NCBI GenBank assembly: GCA_051294905.1
Contig: CM119371.1
Location: 27,220,001-27,284,000, forward strand
DNA length: 64,000 nt
Source of the DNA: Botryllus schlosseri
Lineage: Eukaryota
Direction of reading: 5' to 3'
Part shown: positions 40,164 through 51,247 of the stretch, piece by piece
Position numbering within the stretch: the stretch's first letter is position 1
Layout of the letters: every line of letters starts with the position of its first letter
Program-made: the position numbers and the translations under genes
The notes under the pieces: generated by a model
The model's database searches: none
The model's input: only the letters and a program-made list of their open reading frames with translations
What the model was told of the DNA's origin: nothing

Positions 40164-43100
40164 TCATAATCTTCTTCGGAACTTCATCTCGGAGTAGGTA
40201 AGGTAATAATTAGTTGGAGGAGAATTCATGTTCATCCACACAGTTCCAATAACGTCGTTCGTGCGAGGTCCATTCAGATCGGTATAGTAGCAATCGATAT
40301 ACCACCAAGCACCTTCGCAGCGAGAAGCGCAATTCCCACTTGGAAATGCGTCGTGATCTGCGTCTTCCGTGGTGAATGGTTGGTTATTGTGCAACATAAG
40401 TGAATCTGTGGCATTTCCGGAGTAGCCGGAGACGCTCAATATGTAGTTGCTGGAGCCAGGCCCGATTCGAAAATTGCTAAATAATATGATGCGATTAGTC
40501 TTGAATATGTAAGTAATGCGTAATATCGATTTTCCTATCCTTACTGTGTAACAAATGTTCAATTTTAGATTCTTAAATCTACCACAATGCACACAGGAAC
40601 AATATTGTTTTCATTAAAAAAACATCAATTAAATACTTCACATACTACAAGTACTTGAAGCAATTATATGGCGTTGAAAATACTGTGATGTAGCAAGATA
40701 GCTCCAAACCAGAGTTGGTCAGTAACGAAGTACTTCGACTTCAAGGAGATTTTGCCCACTCTCACTATTTCCTCAAGTAGAAATGTATTAGACTACTTGA
40801 CAGTGTCAGTTTCTCAGAATACTTATGTTCTGTTTCATCCGCTTTGATACATAATTATCAAGAAACGATGCGCTTCATATAGACTACGCGTACTGTGTCG
40901 ATAAAAAGTGCAATGAAGCATATTGTTGTTTGGTGCGAGATTAGGAAATTTGAGTTTTCCCAATATTAGGTTAGCAAAAATAGTATCAATTTTGTTGTCA
41001 CGAGCTCGGGCTTCGTTTGTATCGTATGCTGTCGACAATGCCCTATTCCCTGAATTAATTTTGCAATGGGTCGCGATTCGCGTGAATCGAGAGAATAATT
41101 CCATCGTAATTGATTTAAGTTGAGCATTCGGAGGGTTGCAATACGACAACGCATGCGTCTTCTGGGCGAGGCGCCGGAAATGTTAATTGAATCCTTAGTT
41201 TATCCACCTATACAATGATTTTTTGATTAATGGTATTATATTCTAATTACACGTGAACGGGAAGAGTTATAAGTAACAATGACGCAAAACTATTTCCTTT
41301 TTACACGTGTGAGCTATGTCATGTAAAAAGTAGTTTTAAAATTGGCTGACGTCACTCCTGTGACTGAAAGTATCATGACAACCGGGCCCGGTGGAAATTT
41401 TATCACGAAACAGCATTCTTAGGAATATACCACCGAAATAAAAAAGACTATGAATGAAATTTTAGTGGGAATAGTGACTAAAGTCAGTAGTAAATATCAT
41501 CACCTACCGGTACTTGGCAGACAGATGAACTTCATCCGTTGTGATCATATTAATTTTCAACTCATAATCTCCTTCCCGAGTCATCTGATGTAACGCCTCC
41601 AGTCCTGATGAAAGATAATTTCAGGTATCAAAACACTGCCGAATCAGTGCGACAAGAGCATTCGATTAATAGCATATGCATTCGGAACTGTTCCAAATGA
41701 ATTGCACTACCACAGGCTTAGCTTGGTTGGCCTATGCATCATATCTTCTTTCGTGATAGATTTTAATTACGTAATTTTGGAAGTAAAAACGTTTAATACT
41801 AGTTCTAGTAATTTATGAACATCTGTATGAAAATACCAAAATCACTGGTGGCGATATAGCGTAGTGCTAAGATTAGGGTTGCTTTTAAAACAAAAATTAA
41901 TTTGAAGCAAACATGATTTTTATTGTTTTTTTAAGCCTTGACGTAATGAATATTCAATTGTGACATCATAGTCAATTAACATTGACAATTCAAAATATGG
42001 ATGTAATATAGTTCCTTTGACGAAATATCTGTACTATTCCTGTTGAACCGACTATTTTGAGGGTTCCAACCATCCCATATCGATATACGTCGGCTATATC
42101 GGGTGGTAATTGTCCGTAGTCTCATATAACATGTTTTTTTGAAAGTATTTACACAATTATGGCAGAGTTTTACAACTTAAAAAACACCATTTTTGTTTTA
42201 AATGCAATCCTAGCTACTATCTACAGCTGCAACTCTAGCTGGTTACGGATTCCTGTCCGACCGAGGTCGAATATAGAATCCCAACTTAATTTTTGGATAT
42301 TTATTTAGGCTCCGCCTCGCCATCTCCATCGCGGAAGCAGTGGCTCATAGCATTAGGGACCAAGGGAAATGCCCATCCTGGGATCGCATAACTTTAAGCT
42401 ATTGTACAATATCGATCCAGGGATTAATCTAATTGAAACCACGTATTCGCTAGAAAGCATCTATCACGGATGAATGAGCTGTTTATCTCTAATTTGCTCT
42501 TAAATTTGTTACAATGTCAGCTGATGATCATGCACACTCCACATTATTGCGCTAATAATACCGACTATGACGGCATATCAACGAACTATACGGTTGTATA
42601 TTCTAGTATGAAAGATGGTCAGATACTTATACTTTTATGTAGTTTTACCGACATGTATTACTTGCAAATTTTTTTTGTGGTTGGACTACTCTCATATCAT
42701 TCTACTGCTTTCAATCATACAGGTATACACCAATGGTACACGAAACCAGAGTCTACCTCAGAATTATACCGCGGAATCGAGTAAAACATTTTAATGCGGA
42801 CTACGTATGCACGTAGGATAGGGTTACCATATTTTGGAATCCAAATTCCGGACGCTTTTCAACGCCCACTAGCGGAATTCAAAATGAGGTATGAGCAGAT
42901 TGTGGATCAATATGACGTCGCACCAGCAAAGCTTTGTCTATCGACTGGAGGTGGTCACGATCAGGTTTAGGAGTATGTGGTTGTGTGTTGAAGGTTATAA
43001 CCAGGGCCGAAGCTACATTTTCAGCCCCACGGTGGCCTTAGTAGGCCATGGCCCCACCCCGCCCAAGTAAACATTGATCTTGAGCCCATCCTAATAGATG

Positions 43101-45560
43101 CAACTTTTGGGGCTTACTATATGCAACTGGTCGTTCAATGATTTGGATGAAAAATATCAATAATATTGTTTCGTCCATATATTACTTCATAATTTGATCC
43201 TCACTCCGCCCACATGATCAGAGTTTGCGGTAGAGCTGGTGGAGGATGATGACTTCGAAAATGCAAGGCGCGTAATTGTACTTCGTTAAGTCATGTCCAA
43301 ACGGCCTAAACCGACTCTATGAAGATACCGTTATCTTGTAATTGCGATAACAATTAGACTCATTTCAGTAACTGAATGTTATTTTTATTTATTTTTGATC
43401 GCATTTTTGCGAGGGTGGTAGTCCCAATATTAAGACCAATATACGTGACACTAAATTGCGCGCGGCGCGACGAAAAATTTCATGTAGCAAAAATCTGCCC
43501 AAAAATAATACTGTTTATCTTGATTTCGGATGACCTTACTTCGAAATTCCGGACATGCAGGCATATTTTAGAAATTCCTCCCGGACGCAGTTTTAACAGT
43601 CAAATTCCGGACATGTCCGGGAAATTCCGGACGTATGGCAACCCTGTAGGAACGTAGGAGGACATGCGTGTCGGCAAGTAGGATGTATGACGGTGCTTTG
43701 TTCTGTTTTCGTAGTATACAACCCAACACGAACTAACCAGCAATCATTTTACATGTGAAGTGTACGGCTTGAATAATGCTATATGACGGCACATACTTGA
43801 GTTTCAACGTCATCAGTGAGTGTGTTATATTAGATTCAATGATTGAAAATACGCCCACATACATAGATGCTGTATGTCGTAGTTACCTATAATCAGCTGT
43901 TTGAGCCTGAATCGAAACGTCACTTTATGCCAACATTTTGAAGGGGCACTGCACTCTAAAAATGATGTGGTCTCAAATTGAAGGGCAGATTGAAATTTCC
44001 ACAGATGCATCACGCTCCAGCAGTCACGCAGAGATCGAACTTTATATAGTTGTCAGGGTCAGCCGATGTTATGAAGGAAATATGTCCTACACGCCAAGGC
44101 GGTTTAGATACCGCATTCAACGAACATAAATCAGGAGATTTATGTCAAAATCGGGCCTAGTGTATTCTATTTCCTTCATAACATCGGCTGACAACTATAT
44201 AAAGTTCGATCTCTGCGTGACTGCTGGAGAGTGATGCATCTGTGGAAATTTCAATACATTACAGCTCCATTACGGTGGCGTTCGGAAGAAAAAGGCTGCG
44301 GCCATATTTTATTTGTCGTTTTGCCCTTCAATTTGAGACCAGATCATTTTTAGAGTGCAGTGCCCCTTTTAGGTGGAAACCAAGCATTCTTCTTTGGCTC
44401 GCTGTATCTTAAATTACAATACACATCAAGTTTAAACATTTCAGTTTTCGAGCGTATATCTCATCGGTCGCCTCGTCGAGTGCTTTTGGGCCAACTGCGT
44501 GGGGACCGATGATTCGCTTGTGCAACATATTTTAAACGTTCAAACGGCGGATAATCATGTGTAATCCGAGGTAGGTATAGCGTGGGCAGAAATGTTGAGC
44601 CAGCAAAAGCTCTGATTTTCTCGCATGAAGCTTTGGGTGATATAGAGCATTTTGTAACTTTTGATCCATCGGTACCACATAGCACATACCATTTATAGGC
44701 CAGATTTATCTTCGCGAACACCTAAGTGAGTACTTCTCATACCTTCATATTCTATTTTCACCTTTTAAGTGGTTCTGACATGCTTTGAAAACCGGTCTTT
44801 CTACTTTTAATTGAGTAGAATTTGCATCGTAATTTCCCTTTAGTTTTACCTGAGCAATTTCGCCGACTAATATATAGTTGAATGTTTGTAGCCTTATGAA
44901 TACGTTACGTCTTACATCCACTGTGACTCAAATTCAGTATAATATTCATCGATGTGAAAAGCCTATATATACTCGTACCTAACCAGATATTTTCAAAATC
45001 GCCAAATCCGTTCACGTAGTCAGCCCAGTTTCGGAAGAAATCGACATTGCCGGTCTTTCTTCGTTGAAAAACCTGTCACAACAGTGGAAATGAAGCTCAT
45101 CCGGCGAAAAAATCACACATTTAACATACGGTCCAGTTTCCTCCTTCATCACTGACGTCACAAAACACGTTCTTGAATCCAATTCCGGGAATGAGTAACC
45201 CGACCACACCACCAGTGTCGCTGTGTGCTAATCGTGACCAGATTTGGGCGTCCTCGCAGTTACTCGGTAAAAGAGTGTGAATGTCTACAAATCATAGGTT
45301 TCATTTCAGAAAATTTGTTCTCAAAACCCATCATTTAACAACAAACATTTCTCTATTTTTCTGTCGATGTTTCCTTCGGTCGCGACCTTGTCAAAGATAC
45401 CGAAGGACCTAAGCACTTGTGCGCTAGGAATAAGCGGCTTAGATTGGCGTAGAAAAGGTATGCCTTTAGAAGTTCCATTTGGGATTCTTGATGTCCTCAT
45501 TTGTGATATGAGCAAAAGCACAACCAGCAGTAAGGTCATGGCACTTTTTGGTGGTTCCAT
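40164..45560 (-). CDS. Secreted FReD protein, copy 3, complete (exons 45560-45347, 45284-45130, 45072-44979, 41604-41508, 40476-40164; 290 aa)
   Basis: Same exon structure and phases as copy 2 (214+155+94+97+313=873 nt), with no internal stop. The exon-1 donor is weak (AAAT|GTTTGT). Confidence 0.88.
42819..43646. mobile_element. hAT Blackjack-like MITE in intron 3 of FReD copy 3
   Basis: TIR TAGGGTTACCATA / TATGGCAACCCT; TCCGGAC subterminal repeats; TSD ACGTAGGA, the right copy following a 5-nt filler. Confidence 0.8.
43942..44367. mobile_element. Foldback MITE with long inverted arms (Kolobok-like ends) in intron 3 of FReD copy 3
   Basis: AGGGGCACTGCACTCTAAAAATGAT... is mirrored at the far end. 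A second ~95-bp arm pair lies at ~43989-44082 / ~44168-44255. Flanks TTGA/TTTA resemble a degenerate TTAA. Confidence 0.75.
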
Positions 45561-46919
45561 ATAATTTTTAAAATATGTTTGCTTAAGATTTTGTGCTTAA
45601 ACCTGTGGGCATCGACACCGTTAGTCCAGTGATCTGATTTTTGCGTATTACCATAATCAAACTCAATTTAGATACGTAACGGAAAACCGTTTATAGTTTG
45701 TTCGACAATACATAACGTTTCCAGATTCCCCTGGTTGCTTCACATACTACTCTTACACGATAGGGCAGTTTACTTTTCAATGAATTGATACAAACCCGAA
45801 GATATTGGCTAATATATCACTGCATTTCAAATTAAATGCATGAATTTGTCATTGTATAAATATGTGAATTTATTGGTATATAGGCATTACGGTCGGAATA
45901 AGCCTTGCACACCTGAATTAAATATCTTTTTGATGGAATCATAATTGCCATAGACTGGTGACGAGACATCCTCTCTGCTATGCGTAGGGACCACTCTCTC
46001 GTAACTGAATATATCGACCAATAACATCGCTTTTTATATACTATCGTTTCAGTAAAAACTCTCGCTTTGGTTCACCACCGATAGTTCTTCTCTCGGGTAT
46101 ATTCAAAGGTAGGAGTGCCCTACAGCAAGTCAACTGAGTGATTGCCGAAACGAACAACAATACCAATAACACTACTCGATACTGTTTCCCAGTACGTTAA
46201 TTGATATTCTGTGGGGTAGCGGTAAAAGTGCCCCACAGCTAAGTCAACAGAGTGATTGGCGAAACCCACAGCAATACCAGGGTCACTAGTTGATACTGCA
46301 TTCCAGTACTTCAATACCCGATGATTTGCTCACCGATATGTATTTTTTCATGTTAAAAAGAGCCACCACTGAACGCCTCTACTAAAAAAAACAGTACACG
46401 GTTTCCTTTTTCTGAACATCGTTACATAACTTGCTCCATTTAAAACATTCAAAACCCACCGCATTACCAGGAACACTACTTGTTACTTGTTCACAATACC
46501 CCAATAACAAATGATTTATTCCTTGGAATGTACTTGTTCATATTCGAGCGGGCCACGGTATAAAGCCTCTACTAAAAAGCAGTTCACGGTTTCATTTCCT
46601 TAACAACATTACGTAAATTGCCCGATTTCAAACAATATCAATCAGTAATATGCGGTATATGAACTTTATATATCACATAGCCGCTGAAATCGGTTTCGAC
46701 ATCGATCAAACAACATACAACGCAGAGTGGTCCAGCGTTCTCAAATTCTATCAAGATAACAAGGTATCTCTAGTTGTCGCTCATTTGTACCGGCTATATC
46801 ACAACAATCCCATTCAAACTCCAACACTATTAAACCCAGCGAAATAATTAACTAAAATCGGACATATTCTGCCAGGCAAAATCTGCGACACTTTAGCGGA
46901 TCCCTGTGATATTCTAGCC

Positions 46920-48497
46920 CAGGGGCGGGCAACTTCTCCAGTCGGCGGGCCGGATATAGGAAAATTAAATACTTGGCGGGCCGGATTGCTGAATCGATAC
47001 ATTATTCGCCCATTTAATTGTATTTAATGAATGTATTTTAACGACAGAAATGTAACTTCAAAGCTATTTCTCGTCCATATTGACGAAGACGATGTGGATT
47101 TGAGAACAGCATTGTCATACAGGCACCACCGTGTCTGCTTCTCTCTGATCAATCAACATACACACGGTGCAATCCTTAATTAGGATTTCAAGGCGTTCGA
47201 TAAGGCCGGTAGCCCAAATTTACCAAGATATAAATTCATTAGGGTTTAGTGCAGGGGTGGCCAGCCTTTTTGCCATTCACGGGCGCATTTCCACTACTCA
47301 TGTAGCCTACGGCCGCATTCCAGGGCATAGTCGTAACGAATTATCTGGACGCCAAATACCCATGTAAAAGTGTCTATGTCCTTTTCCGGTGAACTCCGAC
47401 TTATCTATTTAATCACATAGGCTTACTATGCACACCAACTTCGCGAGTGGTCACTGGCCATGTCATGGCGTCGTACATAATCGCGCGAAGCGCGAAAATA
47501 TTTTCAGATTCACCTATAAATTTCGTCATAAATAATAGTATTTTTTATATTATTTCTCATCCCATGTGATCAGATTCACCTGTAGATTTGACGGAGGGTA
47601 TGTTTTTCGAAAATTTAGGACAAGTTATAAATGATGATGAATCTTCGGGTGGGCCAATTTTTACCATCAAGATTTACCATCAAGATTGTCCGTATAGTGA
47701 GGAGTACAGGACTCCGAGTTGGTATTCCTATATGAGGCACATTATTTTCCTCTGCTGTTCACGTCTGTACTGTGGAGCTATGATTACAAATGGCGCCACT
47801 ATATTAAAATCGATAAACGAAGTCACATTGAATTTCAAGATTATCTAGGATCTCTAAAAAATTCGAGACTCAATTTGTATATTCGAATTGCATGTCGACG
47901 GCCACCAACACATACTAATTGAATTACTTGTTCACACCCACACAAATTTCTTTCTGCGGCTGCAGGTTGACAACCCCTGGTTTAGTTGGTGACGATCGAG
48001 ATATGGCCTGATTGTTCAACTGTGTGGCCTCTTTTATCACGATATTGAATTCTTGCGGCCCGCAGCCTCTACGAAATTTGAAAGTGGCCCGCGATCCGTC
48101 TCGAGTTGGCGACTCCTGGCATAAGTGATGTCTTACAAAAGCCTAGAAGTGAGCCGTGCTACAAGTCGACGGTTACGGAATCAAAAATAAGAAATATCGG
48201 CCTGGTGTAAATGACCATTGAAGTCGACTATCACCATGATTACCACAAATGACATTAGGGTTGAGTGCAGCGGAAATGTCGGCAATGCAAGTCTCTCGCT
48301 TCGACTAGCTTATGAGTAAGCACCACCCTCGCTCGCTGCGCATACATGTGCACTGTGCAGTCACTAAAATTTGGCGTTTACGCAAATAGTGGGGAATCTC
48401 GAAAGACTGGGGCCGCAGGCAACATTATCATGTGAGACGGAAAACTGTCCGCGGGTCGGACAAAATCCCTTCGCGGGCCGTATGTTGCCCGCCCCTG
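46920..48497. mobile_element. hAT Charlie-like MITE
   Basis: TIR CAGGGGCGGGCAAC; perfect TSD TTCTAGCC; same family as 61771-63363 (inverted). Confidence 0.92.
47252..47979. mobile_element. hAT MITE nested in 46920-48497
   Basis: Ends CAGGGGTGGCCAGCC / GGTTGACAACCCCTG; TSD GTTTAGTG/GTTTAGTT. Confidence 0.87.
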
Positions 48498-50399
48498 TTC
48501 TAGCCCGTAGCATTGGCTATGCAGAATGTACACCACTCCTCCAATTGCTGACGAAAATACCACCAGAAAGAAGATGCCGCAATGGAGCGGGTGCTCTGAA
48601 CAAGAGAGTAAACTTCGTCATAACTTCACAACGACATTTCAATAGCGTCGCCTATCGACACAAACATAAGAATAACGCGATTTTGGTGACGGATTCAAAA
48701 TATCCATAGGCAGATGTGACAGCGCTGCTACGGGGATAACTAATAGTTGAGGTTGTAAATGTGTACGTAATTACAAGCATTGTTAGACGCAAAACATGTC
48801 TCTGTTTATATGTTATCATTTTCCCTTGCGGCATTAGTTCTTGTGATGGGTAGTCGCTTCCAGAAAAACACACTTTTCTTGCTTGTAAATCAAATAAATT
48901 GTATTTAAATGGTAATTTTACAGCTTCAACAAATATGCGTTAGATACGACGTGGTTGTGAAGCTAATTTGCAATATTTTCGTGACACGTACCACTCTCAA
49001 TGGAACACCGCCTGATAGCTGTCATTGGCCACACGATGTTGAGCTCTATATATTTCCTATTGTGTCGCAAACCTTGACGGTTTGGAAATTACCTGTTTAT
49101 ATCGTTTCTTTTTGATGTTGTTCCGATAGCAAAAGTTTCCAATCGTCGCGATAATTTTGCCGGTGAACCAGTCAAAAGTCGAGTGTTTGACCGATCAATT
49201 TTTATTTATTCAGTCAATATGACATCATCACAGTAGACTGACTTACAGTGTTCGAATATGCACGATTTCTGTTGTCAAAAGTGAACCAACAGCAGTTTAT
49301 CTCATTTTTGTACTTGTGGATCATGAATATTTTATAGCGCCAAGTGACCTAGCTGAGCGTTGGTTACATAAATGCTGTTATCAAGATTCTTCATAATCTG
49401 TTTGTTAATGTTTTGGATTTTATGATACCATAAAACCGAGGTTTCAAACTGTTCATGGTGGGATGATGGTATCTACCGAGACAGTTTTTCTCGTTGAACA
49501 ACAAAAACTCCGAAGTCTTTATATATGTTACAGCGGTAACGAAAATAACCGCTCGTCTCGAGTCACTATAATTGATTCTCCACTAGGATTCGAGGAGTCG
49601 TATCATTGTGTCTTGCGCAATTGATAACTTGACCGGCATGATAATCATAGTTGTTGCCGGGATAGATAGGCATCGCGTGTTGTACAGTCAACGAACCGTA
49701 AGATAATGATGACACAAAAGCCCCGAAGAAATGACGATGGTGTTACTATTGCCATTCGTTTATCGGCAAGCAATCTCGGTGAATGGAAATATACCACATT
49801 CGCGTGAGCGCGTGAGGAAGCAATCCAGTTTTGGAGCGGACATTAGGTTCGTATGACTTAATGCACCAATGCATCGTTAAGAAACGCTTGTCATATTGTA
49901 TTTGATCTGCATCTTCATATAATGTCACGAACTGGTATTATATCACATAGCCGAGAGATCGTGCAAAGATCACGATTGTTTTTTATCGAACTAGCAAACT
50001 GGTTGGCTTATTCGATAGGGTCAAACTGACTTTATTCACCGGGACGAAAGCATTGAAGTTCGCTCCAAAAGGGAACATTGTTTTATTACATCCGAACTTG
50101 GTACAGGATCAATTCGGCCATGGTCATGCAGAAGTATCATAAATTAATTGCAATACATGTGCGCATCGTGAGATATTTCGTATTGTTCATTGATGCTGCG
50201 AACGCGTGATGATGATGTCCAAAAAAAACTTTCATGTATTTTGCAATGCGTTTGTGGTGTATATGCATTGCGCCACTATTGGCCATTGGCCAATGAATGA
50301 GTATTTATGAGCACGAAATAATACGTAATTCAAACGCTACACTGATAATACAGTAAGGTGCGCCGTTAGTAGGTCACCTCTGTTAGCAGGTGTATAGAC

Positions 50400-51247
50400 C
50401 AATGGTTCTTAACCGGGGTCCGCGAGACCTCGAAGCTTGTAAAATGATTGATTGCCTAATTAGTATTTTTTCAATCAGGTAAATCACGAGACGGATTGGC
50501 CTCATAACTGGTGAAACTGCAAGACTCATATTACAAATATAGCCGTCGGAAATGAAATATCCTACTGTGCAAACTCATTTTAATTGATAAATTGACAGCA
50601 GCCTAATGATACCAACATATATTAGTATATGCAGATGTTTTTTCGGGGTCTGTGATAAAATAAAAAGTTCGAGCAGTAAGGTCGATCAGGGTTACTTCAA
50701 AATGTCTACAAGTTGTAAGTCTCAGCAGACTAGAGAGTAGTCTCTATAAATGGATATTTGCGATCGATTTTTTTCTGTAATATACATAACCACTATTCAA
50801 GAATAACTTTATGATGAGCTGCCAGATAGAAATCGCTACGCTGGACGTTAATTGAAAAATCTTCTTTTTTAATTTTGGTTCCTTAAGGTGTGAACGAAAG
50901 CGTTACGAGATTCGCCACCACATACCAATGTGGAAATGGAATTTCAGCCTCGTTCATATCAAATCAAAAGCGTGGGTTTTCGAGAAGCGACCACTTACTT
51001 CAATAAATGCACCTGCAAAATCGCGTTGTATTAATAAAAATCGATGCAATTTCTACGTAATCTATGATATTGTTTATAAGATTGGTCATTTTGTTGCAGT
51101 TTATTACTATCCTGCAGTTAAATTTGTCACAAGTCATATCACGGTTGCGCGATACTTGAACTAAATTTGAACGAAAACGTCAGGGGCCCGTGGGGGTCCC
51201 TGACGGCCAAACGGGGTCCACGAAGACAAAAAGGTTGAGAGCCTCCG
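50400..51247. mobile_element. hAT Charlie-like MITE (degenerate)
   Basis: Ends CAATGGTTCTTAACC / GGTTGAGAGCCTCCG; GGGGTCC motifs; TSD GTATAGAC/GTACAGAC; the host module resumes after it. Confidence 0.75.

Noticed and set aside
23619..45560. Assignment as ficolin, angiopoietin or ascidian v-Themis
   Set aside because: No collagen or coiled-coil region, and no visible polycystin-like (s-Themis) host gene. Orthology cannot be set without a phylogeny.
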